In this document: positions 24,520 through 36,461 of the stretch, piece after piece
How the letters are laid out: every line of letters begins with the position of its first letter
Position numbering within the stretch: the stretch's first letter is position 1
Assembly: GCF_963921235.1 (NCBI RefSeq)
Contig: NC_086097.1
Span: 187,800,001-187,864,000, forward strand
From: Mobula hypostoma
Taxonomy: Eukaryota
Direction of reading: 5' to 3'
DNA length: 64,000 nucleotides
The notes under the pieces: model-generated
The model's database searches: none
The model's input: the letters and a program-made list of their open reading frames with translations, nothing else
What the model was told of the DNA's origin: nothing
Translations under genes and position numbers: made by a program

Positions 24520-24995
24520 ACCTTAGGAAGCCGATTGTCTTTGACAGGAGAAGGGAGTGTCTCAGGCGTGATGGTCAGTTGATGAATGGTAATTGGGATG
24601 AGGCTTACGAGTGTTGCGCTTGTTAGTTCCTCATGGGTGGCCTCAGTAGAAAGAGGCTTCTATGATTCCCACTGGCTTTTCTATCAGCTCCTCTTCCATT
24701 TCCTCTTCTCCCTTGTAATATTCCTCCTATCTAACTGCCCAACAGATGAAAGCAAGGATTGTTTCTGAATATTGGCAGCATGTATTTTATGCACTTGATC
24801 TAATCTTAACTCTCAAGCATACCTTCAGTAAAATAGTCCAGGCAATGGAATCTTTGGTTCTACATGCCAATGACAACAGGGTTTTCACTGTATGTAAGCT
24901 GCTTACAAGTGTGGATATTATAAACTACTCTTGTGAATTCCGCCATCAATGGATAGAATTTTTAACTTCGTCACCAATTTTTGAATTATCCTGAT
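24520..24995 (-). mobile_element. Possible ancient RTE LINE 3' remnant
   Basis: Minus strand gives scattered RTE C-terminal-like words (e.g. SIDGGIHKS); highly decayed. Confidence 0.3.
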
Positions 24996-25370
24996 ATCTG
25001 AAATACAGCAAGCAAAGTATTCCGCTGCAAAATGGTCTTGCCTGGTTATTGTGCATTGACCTAGATGATAAGACCATAACAACATAAGATATAGAAGCAG
25101 AATAAGGCCATTCATCCCATCAAATGCGCATCACCATGGCTAATTCATTTCTCAAGCACATTCTGTTTCATTCTCCCTGTAGCACTTAGCTCTATTCTGT
25201 GCAATGTCTGTGGTTAAATGGAAGTTACACGTTGAGGAAATGGTTTTGGGATATGGCCCACTGTACTCACAAAGCAGTGTACATGTAATCAGTGCCATCC
25301 TGCACATACTGCAATACCAGCAAACAGCATACTCGTTCTGTTTGCTGGTCTCTCTGAGTAGAAAGGAGAT

Positions 25371-26243
25371 TGTGACGAGAATACACATAGATTAAGATGT
25401 TAGCTGTCCTGTGCTGGCACCAGTGGGATCAGCAGTTGGTCTGCCACCTGTCTTCAGGAGAGAGAGAGAGATAAGGAAAACAATAGAGCAGCATTTGGAG
25501 ATGTTAATGACGGGACGGGAGAGAGTAACGGAAGGAGAGCTGTCAAGATCAGCTCCCCCTTTGAACCCTGAACTGTTTGAAGTGATGGACAGGTGATACC
25601 CCAGCAGGGGGATAAAAAGGGACAGATTCGCTAAGGCAAGACACACACGACACCCCAAGGTAACGAGACCCTGGAAGCGGTGCGTCTCCCACAAGTCGGT
25701 GGGAAGTTTTTTTGGATGGCTGGTCGCGGGACAAGCCATAGACGCTCAGGGTGGAAAGGCACGGTCGGCGGGAACCTGGTGTGTGTCCACCCTTGCCTGG
25801 GTGCTGGTTTCACCGCAGAGAAATGATCGTATCTGGAAACGGAGGGGTCACGGTCGGTGACCTCAGATGACATCACAAAGGGCTCGCACGAAAGCTGACT
25901 GCGAAGGTCTGTGTGGAAGCCGTTTGAATATTCATTCGTTTTGCTCTCTCTCTCCTTCCCCCCACTGTCTGCGAACTGAACTGAACTAAATTGAACTGAA
26001 CTTTGCGTCACTTTGAAACTGGTCATTTACCCCTAGACAACGATAGAGCTTGATTGATCCTGTTATCTTAATTCTGTGTACATGTGTGTTTATCATTGCT
26101 GAACTGTTGCATTTATTATCCTTTTGATTAGAGTACTGTGTTGCTTGTTTCTTTAATAAAACTTGCTTAGTTCTAGTAATCCAGACTCCAACTGAGTGAT
26201 CCATTTCTGCTGGTTTGGCAACCCAGTTACAGGGTACGTAACA
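25371..26243 (+). mobile_element. Solo LTR (873 bp), Gypsy/ERV type
   Basis: TGTGACG...CGTAACA termini; 4-bp TSD AGAT (25367-25370, 26244-26247); TATA-like gataaaa at ~25611, AATAAA 26155-26160; internal (ctgaa)n repeat. Confidence 0.92.
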
Positions 26244-26259
26244 AGATATACTCAACTCT

Positions 26260-26485
26260 CTTTGAATTGGGAGTCCCCAGGAGAGGAACTTTGTCTTAAA
26301 ACTGATGTACTCTCTTCTCACTGCTGCCATCAGGAAGAAGGTACAGGAGCCTCAAAACCCATGCCACCAGGTTCAGGAACAGTTATTACCTCTCAACCAT
26401 CAGACTCTTGAACCAGAGGGGTTAACTTCACTTACCCCGTCATTGAGATGTTCCCACTGAAGTGGACTCACTTTCATGGACTCAA
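26260..26485 (+). mobile_element. Rex1/Babar-type LINE 3' fragment
   Basis: ctcttctcactgctgccatcaggaagaaggtacagg...aacagttattacc encodes LFSLLPSGRRYR...NSYY. Confidence 0.7.
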
Positions 26486-26496
26486 TCAGCACATTG

Positions 26497-27345
26497 ATTA
26501 TCATTTAAGTACGTGCACAGTACGCAACCTTGAGATTAGTCTTCTTGCAGGCAGCCACAAAACAAAGAAACACAACAGAACCCACTTAAAGAAAAAAATC
26601 CACACAGCAAGACCACCAAACACCCATTCTGTGAAGAAGAATAAATAATGCAAACAATAATAATTGAACAAATAACATTAACCTTAGAGTCCCCAAAAGT
26701 AAGTCTTCAGCGCTGTGCCGATGAATGCAGCCAGAGGTGTAGAGTTAGTTCAGCACTGAAGCACCTTGATCAAATCGTGCAAATAGCAGAAAAAAAGAAG
26801 TGAACAAAAATGCAAGGAACATGAACTGCAGGGTCCTCAAAAGTGAGTCCACAGCTGTGGCATGCATTCAGTGTTAGCTGAGTGGAGCCCATCCAGAAGT
26901 CTGGTGTTTGCATGGCAGCAGCTGCTGCTGAACCCAGTGGCATGAGACCCGAGACTCCTGTTCCTTTTGCCCACCAGCAGCAGTGAGAAGGGAGGGAGAA
27001 CAGTAAAGCGCAGGCAGACGACACTGAACACCTGTTCATTTTCTGCTCGTCCTCAATGACGTAAATTTTCATCAACAATTTAATTGGCACAGAGTATTGG
27101 AGCCAACCATGGGTTTATTTTCCACCATTGGGAATTGATTCTCGTCTCTCATCCATACTGAATCCCATAGGAGATTGCAGAAGTACCAGATCATTTAGTC
27201 AAGTCAAAAATACACCCTTAAAAGGAAAATAACAGTTTGCAATCGTTGCAGTTCAGAAGTATATTTAGAAGAAGAATATCTAGTAGTTTTGTAAGCTGCC
27301 TACAAGATGTCACCATTGGTCACTGGCGCCATCTTGCCAGAAGTT
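26497..27345 (-). mobile_element. Non-coding LINE-derived element with a YY1-like 5' motif
   Basis: Minus strand begins ...CAAGATGGCGCC (27325-27336) and ends in a LINE-type tail similar to those at 20060 and 44580; no ORF. Confidence 0.5.
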
Positions 27346-27730
27346 GACCTTCATCTCATTTTCTCAATATTTATTGCATATTTATTATTATTATTTCTTT
27401 TTTCTCTTTAGTTTTGTATTTGCATAGTCGTGTCTTTTTAAACATTTGTTGTTGGCCACCCTGTTGGATGTTGCCTTTCATTGATTCTATTGTGTTTCTT
27501 GTATTTACTGTGATTGCCCATAAGAAAAGGTAACCGCAGGGTTGTATATGATGACTTATTTGCACTTCGATGATAAATTTACTTTGAACTTTGAACTGAA
27601 ATAACAGATGAACCAGGACACAAGGAATGTCTCCCTTCCTCTTTACAAATCTGCCAAGGGATAATTAACATCCAGCCACAACAAAAGAGTGTTAATGTAT
27701 CATCTCAATGATGCAGATGTCCCTCAGTTT

Positions 27731-28283
27731 TAGACCATAAGACATAGGAGCAGAATTAGGCCATTTGACCCATTGGGTCTGCTCCACCATTCAATCATGG
27801 CTGATCCTTTTGTCTTCTCCTCAACCCCACTCCCCAGCCTTCTCCCCAGAACCTTTGATGCCACGTCTAACCAAGAACCTATCAAGTTCTGCCTTAAATA
27901 CACCCAGCGACCTGGCCTCCATAGTTGCCTGCGGTATAAATACCACAAAGGATCTTTTCATTCCGATTTGCTGCCTCCTTCCAATCAGCCAATGATCTAA
28001 CCATCTTAGTAACTTTTCTGTAATGCCATAGGCTTTTAACTTGATAAGCAGCCTCATGTGTGGCACCTTGACAAAGGCCTTCTGAAAGTCTAAATATACA
28101 ACATCTACTGCATCCCTTTTATCTATCCTACTTGTAATCTCCCCAAAGAATTCCATTAGGTTTGTCAGGCAAGATTTTCCCTTAAGGAAACCATGCTGAC
28201 TTTGTCCTTTCTTGTCCTGTGTCACCAAGTACACCATAACCTCATCCTTAACAGTTGACTCCAACATCTTTCCAACCACTGAC
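27731..28283 (-). mobile_element. CR1 LINE fragment with internal deletion
   Basis: ORF 27821-28285 (QSQHGFLKGKSCLTNLMEFF...DVVYLDFQKAF) fused to a 3' end with agaccataagacatagg tail. Confidence 0.9.
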
Positions 28284-28398
28284 ATTTTCAGTCTACTTAC
28301 TTGGTTGAAAGTATCTGGAATGAGATGACAACACAGCCATCTGAATCAACAATGCCATTAGCAGTCAGTCTCAAAGCAGCCAAGTGAATTTTTCACTA

Positions 28399-28436
28399 CC
28401 GTGATCTTGACCCGTGATCTTAACCCGTGATCCTGA
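28399..28436. repeat. 13-bp tandem repeat x3
   Basis: ccgtgatcttgac ccgtgatcttaac ccgtgatcctga. Confidence 0.9.
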
Positions 28437-29084
28437 AAAGAAATGGAGGTGCTGGAAATCCTAAGTAAAAGAGAAAATCTTAGAAATATTAGTTAAGTCA
28501 AGCAGCATCTGTGGAGGGAGAAAAACGTTGCTAGTTTTTCAAGTCAATGACTTTTCATCAGAATTAGGAAATGCTGGAAATCCAAAGATATTGTAAGTTA
28601 GAAGCAAATAATAGAATGGAGAGACAGCCCACTCCAGGTTCCAGACAATAGAATCAATTTAGGTTGTTCTTCCTCACCTCCCAAGGCAATGGGCATGGGA
28701 AAGAAACTAAAAGGTACAATTGAATTTACAGAAATTACCTATTTCTCTACTATAATGATTGCATGATTATTCATTTTAATGTTATTCATTCTACAATCAG
28801 ATAGAGCAGAACTGCACATAAAAATCAAATTGTTTGATCAAAGCATTTGAAGTAATTTTGGTTTCTGTTGGTCTAAAGTTATTAACTATTAAATGCATGT
28901 TCTGGTAAATTCAACATAAGTCTTTGACACTCATTGTAAAATTAATTTGCTACTGGAAACAAATCTGTTGAAATAATTCTCAGTTGCAAGTTAATGGACA
29001 AAGTCAGTGCAAATAAGAAACTCACTGTATCCTTTTCCATTTCCGTTTAGTTCATGTTTTTAAGCTTAATTGACGAATGAAAAC

Positions 29085-29445
29085 ATGACCATAAGAGATA
29101 GGAGCAGAATTCGGCCATTCACCCCATCAATTTCATCATGCCTGATCCATTCTCCCTCTCAACCCCATTCTTCTGCCTTCTTCCTGTAACCTTTCACACC
29201 CTGACTAATCAAGAACAAGTTCCCTCTCATTGGTGAATACTGAAGAGAAGTATTCATTGAGGACCTTGCTCACTTCCGCAGCCTCCAGGCACATCTTCCC
29301 ACCTTTATCTCTAATCGGTCCTACCTTCACTCCTGTCATCCTTTTGTTCTTCACATAATTGAAGAATGCCTTGGGGTTTTCCTTTACCCTACTTGCCAAG
29401 GCCTTCTCATGCCCCCTTCTTGCTCTCCTCAGCCCCTTCTTAAGC
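29085..29445 (-). mobile_element. CR1 LINE pieces (3' end joined to ORF2 linker)
   Basis: ORF 29205-29399 KENPKAFFNYVKNKR...LNEYFSSVFT. Confidence 0.85.
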
Positions 29446-30720
29446 CTGAAGTTTTAATTTATTCCAGATGGAATAATCAGTAATTCAAAATTCCTGAGTC
29501 CTGTGTTTACAAAAGGACACAAAATGCTTGTGATTTTATACTTACCTTTTCTTTCATCAACATGACAGTGATTGATGATACGGTTACACAGCTGTTTTAC
29601 TTTAGAGTAGATTTGATGTACTAAACAATCTTCTTTTGTTACGGTGGCAATAAACTGTTGCAACATGAGTTACTGGAAGCAGAAAGGCAATCAAAAAATT
29701 AAAAATAGGCAACAAAAAGAAAGGAATAGGAGAACAAAGAAAGGAAAATATTCAGATAACCATAAAACATAATAAAAAAGCAAAATAATGCCGCATGAAA
29801 CTACACAAAGTAGAGAAATTTCAATGAGACATTAAGATTAACCGATCCTTTTTGTCTCATTTTGAAATGTAAAAGAATTGAAGATTAAATAAACATATTT
29901 TAAAAGCATTTGTTATAAAATAACAGGTTAATAGATTGAAGTGAGGTGATAGTCATGCTCTGATTTTCTACGGTTAGACTAAGCTGACTCACAATCCAAA
30001 TTCATTAGTATTAACAGCCCACTGGTTGGCTTCCGCTGACTTTAAAAGTTGAAGATCTTCTTTGTTGGTGTTACTATGAAATGGAAAGCTTATCCATCAA
30101 ATATCTGTCAGGAAGCATCTCAATAAAGGTGGCTGGCAGCTCTATACTTATTCTAAACCTGTAAGCTACCATTAAAGAGCAGAGAAAGAAAATGTGGACT
30201 GTATAAGAGTGTTTTTTTTATAATTTCATGCCTCTGGCGGGATATGATTATCAGAAATACAGCAGCTGGCTTGGAGTGATTCACTAACCAATATCAGAAA
30301 ATTGTACACATCCCATGTCCATTTATCCCATGGGCCATGGAGAGTTCCAACTTAGAGTAGAGTGCTGATAAACTACATCCTCTGTTTGCAATGGTACAGG
30401 TAAAATATGTGCCTAGTATATATGTTTGAATATGCAAAAGAATTGGAGATTCTACTAATGAGGATAAAATAAGGAAAGATGGTCCTATCTGAGGCCTGAA
30501 GTCACATCCAACATTGCAGACCAAATCCAAGCTATTCAGGTGTAAGATCATCCTGTTTAATGGAATACTGGAAATTTCATCCTTCGTATTAATTTTTCAA
30601 TGCATGCTCCTCAAGGACACAGATTTTTCCATTTTTCAATTTCTAATCTTTGATAACTATTTAAGTTCTGCCTTAGATTTTCATGCTGCTTACATTTATT
30701 TGTCTCATTTTCATTTATAG

Positions 30721-30836
30721 GTACTGGAGATATAATGAAGAAACACATGTGGTAGACAGTGGTTATCCCAAATCTATTTCAATATGGAAAGGAATTCCTG
30801 AATCTCCACAAGGGGCCTTTGTAAGCAAAGAAAGTG
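30721..30836 (+). CDS. MMP16: MMP16 internal coding exon, hemopexin domain (probably exon 9)
   Basis: Pyrimidine-rich tract + tttatAG, donor GTaagt. 116 nt: (R)YWRYNEETHVVDSGYPKSISIWKGIPESPQGAFVSKES(G). Confidence 0.96.
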
Positions 30837-31559
30837 GTAAGTGCAAATAAGGGCTTGATTAGCTGCTTTGGTTTTTTACTTCGTTCAAACTTGTGCATTT
30901 AATCAAATTTTCAGGTAACTGATGTTTAACATTATAAATATGGAAATGAAGATATTGCAGTAGACTTCAAAACAAAAAAACCTTGACTTTAACTTCCACC
31001 AATACACTTAATTAAAAAAAATTTTTAAACATTTTAGTGCAAGTGGTCAAAATGATCTTGCTAAACTGTAGTGCTTGAAGATTTGCCAATTGGTTTAAGA
31101 AATGAATGTTTGAAGGGAAGTAGTTGATTTCGAACCTGCTGATATGAGACTTCAGGCTTCTGTGCCTGTGCATGATAGTAGCAGCAAAAATATGGCTAGA
31201 CTTGGATGTTGGAGATATTTGATGATATATGTTGCCCCCTTAAAGCAGCAACTTCTGTAAATACTACGAATGGTGGGGAAGGATGTTTGTATCCATGACT
31301 TACATTCATGGGCATTTGAATTGTCATACCAGGCCATTGTGCAACCAGTCACAGTACTTCAAGAGACAGATAGATGGGGCCCTTGAAGTTTAAGGCTCCA
31401 AATTTGTGTTCTGTATTTCCTTGTATCAACATGTTAGCAGAGAGACTAGTTCCAACAGCTTAACCTTTCACATATATATCTTTCCAAAGAATGTAAATAA
31501 ATGCACACAAACTTATTTAGGCTCTGTTACACATACACAATGATTTTCTTCATCATGCT

Positions 31560-32480
31560 ATTACACATTCAAGTATCTAAGGAAAAAATCCATCTCAAAG
31601 TATATAATATTCATGTACTCACAGTATAATTTTTGTTGCCTGTATCTATTCTATTCATCAATATGTTCAGACATTTTCTTGATACTTGTCTTTCCAGCTT
31701 CCTCTTATTTCTTCCTGTTAAGTTTTTAATTTCTTATTCTTCACAATTTGCATTAAAAATTTAGGAACTGTAGAAGTGATTCTACAGTCAAGTATTCTGA
31801 TAGTGGAATGACATACGAAAGGAGTATATTTGGGAAAATTTTGGAGCCCATTCAATAGATGCTAAATTCAATGTTTTAGAATTCCCCTTCTAATTCCTTT
31901 TGCCTCCTTTCAAGTTAATCCCTTTGACTTTAGGTTATACCTTCCGGTGTCTTTTTTTTTTAGCCTGATATCCCTTTTCTCAATTTTTGCTAGGACCTTT
32001 GTTATGTTAAAGTAAATAAATTGATGTATATTGGACACAGTTTGTTTGAATCTCCTGAGGTTAATTTCCAGTAAACAATGATGTAAACTGGACATTTAAT
32101 ATTGTAGAATTCCCCTGATAATTTATTTTCCCGAATGGCTTTCATTTTATTGTCTGAATGTCCTGGAAAGATTGTTTCTGTTCACATTTCCAGCTTCTTC
32201 AATTCAATGGTTTTTGAAATGTGTTGATTTAGTTTTAAATAAATATTAAAAATCATTAAGCTGATTATCTGAAGTTGGATTGGATTAGATGACTTCTCTC
32301 ACCATAAAATTACGCAATTCAGTATGAACTTGGTAAAATAATCTATCTCTATGTGGGGCAAATCCATCCATATCTGGAAATCATCCATATATTCCAACTC
32401 CCAAGTTTATATTTAACTTCTCTTTCTTGAAGACTGAACCCTTGTCCTCCTGCATAAAGCAATTTTGTTATGACAAATAA
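31560..32480 (-). mobile_element. Possible ancient RTE LINE 5'/endonuclease remnant (left boundary uncertain)
   Basis: Minus strand LGSWNI resembles the APE-start motif GTWNV, preceded by RTE 5'UTR-like GCTTTATGCAGGAGGA; many stops. Confidence 0.3.
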
Positions 32481-33654
32481 TATTTTAAGAACATCTACTA
32501 TTGCTATGGCTGTCTCTCTTGGTACCCTAGGTTGCTGGTTATCAAATTTGGTTGAATTAATATCTTTCCAAATTTTTGACATGTTTGGTGCTTTCACTCA
32601 TTTTCGTAGACTTTTAGTACCTTAGCATTTCTGGTGTGGTATTTGTGTCCATTTCTGAGAAGATAGTTTTCAGTGGTGGGTTGGTCATTGTAGAAACAAA
32701 GATGGGCAATGACGTGAAAGTGCAGATATGCACTCTTTGAGATGATAATTCTATAGAGCTATGACAACAGGATATGGAAGAGAAGACTGTAAATTAAAGG
32801 ATAAAATCAGCCACCAATCAGAAGGCTTAGAAAGTTGAAGACTTGCCTAATTAGTACAAAATGTGGAAAGTTTGCACCTCAAAGACAGTTTCTCTAATAA
32901 GCAGGACTTGTTAGTGTTACCCTGAGATGACAGTCCAGATTGTGTACTTCAAGCTCAGGAGTACAAATTGACCTAATGACTAGAAGTAAGAGTTTCCCCA
33001 TTAAAACTGATATTGATGTTTATTTGGTTCACCAGGTATTGGATACAATGCAAAATCTTGCTGCATTTGGACACTGGTCCAGACATAGAATGTAGATAGG
33101 TTTACAGTCAGCCGATCATTAACTAAATATTTAAACCAACAATAAATACATAAATTGGGGTCAAAATAATTAATGAATGGCTTATATACCATATTCACTC
33201 ATACTTGACCCTAATCTGTCCTAGCATGGACTAATATGATGTATGTTTTTGCAGTTGTTCACAAGGACAAGGATTAGTGTGAAAGCATGCCAATGGTGTT
33301 GTAGGTGACTCCCTTTCTCACATATGACAAATCTCATTACAACAATCTGTTGTTCTCTAAACCTTTCACACACTGGGATAGTAAAACTGATCGATATTCT
33401 CTATTGTGCTACTGTATCCATAGTAACTACCCTAGCTACCATAAATGATGTTATTAAGTTCACACATAAAAGTATACTGTCTACATAAATTTGGTTAATT
33501 ATATCCTATCAGGCACTTTTGTACTGTATTTACATTAGTATCTCCAATTCAAGATTCTAACTCCACTCACCCCCTTCTCTAGCACCTCCACATCCACCCA
33601 ATCCTGAGTCCCTCACCTTCTTGTCTGCTTGCTGTTCCTGCCTAGTAACTGTTA

Positions 33655-34411
33655 CAGAGGTGTTAGAAAGTTTGTGAACCATGCAGAATTTTCTCTACTT
33701 CTGCACAAAGATGACCTAAAATATGATCAGATCTTTGCACAAGTCCTAAAACTAGATAAAGAGAACCAATTAAATAAACACAAAATACATTATACTTGTT
33801 CATCTATTTATTGAGAATAATGACTCAATATTACATGCATTTGTTGGAAAAAGTACATGAACCTTTGCTTTCAGTAACTGTTGTGACTCCCTTAAACAGC
33901 AATAACTTCAACCAGTTTTCCGGTAACTGTTCATCAGCCCTGCACATCGGTTTGGAGGAATTTTAAACCATTCCTCCATATAAAACTGTTTCAGTTCATC
34001 AATATTTCTGGGATACCGTGCATGAACAGTCCTCTTCAGAACATGCCACAGCATCTCAATTGGGTTAAGATCTGGACTCTGACTTGATTTCAAAACACAA
34101 GTTTTTTTCTTTGTAAACAATCCTGTTGTTGATTTACTCTCATCTTTTGGATCATTGTTTTGTTGCAACATCCAACTTCTATTAAGCTTCAGGTGACAGA
34201 ATGCTACCCTGACATTCTCCTGTAAAATGTTTTGATAACATTTTGAATTTGTTGTTCCTTCAACGACAATTGTTTGTGTGTTATTTGTTTTAGGCAAATT
34301 TTATTTGTCTATTATTGTGACTTAGATGAAGATCAGACCAGGTTTTATGAGTAGCTAATGCAGAAAACCAGGTAATTGCAAAGGATTCACAAAAACTTTT
34401 TTTTACAACTG
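33655..34411 (-). mobile_element. Internally deleted Tc1/mariner transposon
   Basis: TA-CAG...CTG-TA ends with degenerate TIRs; ORF 33908-34297 has QQNNDPK and SPDLNPIEMLW catalytic-domain motifs. Confidence 0.9.
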
Positions 34412-34879
34412 TAACATGATTTAGAGATTTAGATGTCACCTAAAAGCAAACATAACAAGCATTTAAGAAGGCAAATTGCATCTTGGCATTCATTCTAAAA
34501 GGTTTTGTAACATATTTTCATACCTGTAAAATGATCGCAACTTGGCTATCTTCCTAGTTTGATCCCTACTTGTCCATTAATCCAGATGCTCAAGTTATTT
34601 CAAAAGGAAATTTTGAATTTCTGAGAAACCAAACTTTACACTCCTATTGAAGCCTGGGTTCTTGGGAACTCACACAGTTTAACTGCTAATCCAAACAAGA
34701 AATTCTTTAACAATAGAAAAGTGAACCAGATCAGAATCCTGAACAGACGTTTGCTGTTTCCCTCAACTACAATGGAAGTACACAGATCGGCCTTGAGGGA
34801 GAATATGCAAAAAGGTGGGCTTAAATTATGTTAAGCGTAATGCTTCTAAAGAAGCAACAGGTCATAAATAAGAGTTTAA

Positions 34880-35150
34880 GCATCACACATAAAAGTTGCT
34901 GGTGAATGCAGCAGGCCAAGCAGCATTTCTAGGAAGAGGTACAGTTGAGGCCCTTCATCAGAACTAACTGAAAGAAGAGCCAGTAAGAGATTTGAAAGTG
35001 GGAGGGGGAGGGGGAGATCCAAAATGATAGGAGAAGACAGGAGGGGGAGGGATGGAGCCAAGAGCTGGACAGTTGATTGGCAAAAGGGATATGAGAGGAT
35101 CATGGGACAGGAGGCCCGGGGAGAAAGAAAAGGAGGATGGGCAAGATAAA
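34880..35150 (-). mobile_element. Penelope terminal repeat fragment
   Basis: gttgctggtgaatgcagcaggccaagcagcat...cccttcatcag followed by a purine-rich tract; hammerhead partly deleted. Confidence 0.75.
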
Positions 35151-35254
35151 GCATTCTTTATCTTGGCCTTTCTTCTGATACTTGCAAACCAGCAGCCAAG
35201 TAAAAGGGACCTGAATAATTAACTAGATTTGGCTGCTAATTTACCATAGGGTTA

Positions 35255-35570
35255 TAGATTAATACAACATAGAAATGGGCCCTTCAGACCAATTCATCCA
35301 TGGTAGTTATCCATCACCAATACCACATTATTCTCTCAACATTTCCATCAGATCCCCATCCGATTCTACCATTCACCTGCAATAGAGCCAATTTTCAGTG
35401 GCCAATTAAACTACCAACCTACACATCTTTGGAACGTGACAGAAGACCAGAACTCTTAGAAGAAACCCATACAGCCACAGGAATAATAGGCAAATTGCAC
35501 ACAAACCACACCAAAGGTCAGTACTGAGGCTGTGAGGCAGCAGCTCCACTAGCTTCCTCACTGTGTTGCT
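35255..35570 (-). mobile_element. Degraded tRNA-derived SINE with CR1-like tail
   Basis: gggcccttcag tail, ccaattaaactaccaacc...tctttgga core, gctgtgaggcagcagctc head remnant. Confidence 0.6.
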
Positions 35571-36126
35571 TTTATGTAACTGTTACCAGAATTTTTAATG
35601 AAGGTCCAAATGAGCCTGCCTCACGTGATACTATCGCCAGCTAGTCAGTCTTAAAAGGAGTTTTGTTAATCACATAGCTCCACTGTGTCACCATGAAGAT
35701 CAAGTCTGTTGTTTGACTACAGCTATATCTCATCTTTTAAATGACAATCTAAACCCCGATCATATTTTTCACTACCCAGAAAAGTATACAAATAGCTAGT
35801 TCTTCTGTTTGGTAATTTTTAATCATGTGTTATGTTTTACAGCCATTTATTGAGAATAAAGACAACTAGCTAGCAGGTATCTCTTAGAGCTGACACATTG
35901 TGAAAGGAGGCAGTTTACATTTTAACTTCTGGCATTGTTTTAGTTGGTGAACTGTGAGAGCTTTACTTTGAACTACATCTGATGATGTAGTTCTTTCAAA
36001 GTGTTAGCTTTTCTCTTCGAGGTATCCGTTGACTTATTGTATACTTTCAACAACTTCAGTAGTTTCTGAATTAATGTTTATTGTATTAACTCAGGAGACT
36101 GAATAACTTTGCTTTTATATTTCCAG

Positions 36127-36461
36127 GATATACATTTTTTTACAAAGGAAAAGAATACTGGAAATTCAATAACCATGAACTCAAGGTGGAACCTAATTAC
36201 CCAAAATCAATACTTAAAGAAATGATGGGATGTGATCGAACTAAGACAGGAAACAAAGACAGGCATGATACACAAGAGGATGTTGACATTGTGATTAAAA
36301 TTGATAATACTTCTAGCACTGTGAATGCCATAGCCATTGTTATTCCTTGCACTCTGGCCTTGTGCTTTCTGGTATTGATTTACACAGTGGTTCAATTTAA
36401 GAGGAAAGGAATGCCACGCCACATACTATACTGCAAGCGATCCATGCAAGAATGGGTGTGA
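36127..36461 (+). CDS. MMP16: MMP16 last coding exon: end of hemopexin domain, linker, transmembrane helix, cytoplasmic tail
   Basis: tttccAG acceptor; (G)YTFFYKGKEYWKFNNHELKVEPNYPKSILKEMMGC...AIAIVIPCTLALCFLVLIYTVVQFKRKGMPRHILYCKRSMQEWV, stop TGA 36459-36461. The tail RHILYCKRSMQEWV is characteristic of MMP16. Confidence 0.97.

Noticed and set aside
32380..32391. YMDD on the minus strand suggesting an endogenous hepadnavirus or retrovirus RT
   Set aside because: The frame is flanked by stops and has no other RT motifs; an overlapping frame fits an old LINE endonuclease start (GSWNI) better.
36186..36461. Stand-alone 91-aa ORF starting at GTG
   Set aside because: It is the last MMP16 exon; the real boundary is the acceptor before 36127.
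2855..36461. Assignment to MMP14, MMP15 or MMP24
   Set aside because: The cytoplasmic tail KRKGMPRHILYCKRSMQEWV and the WWEDVGKTYFF/DVDIVIK motifs together match MMP16 best.
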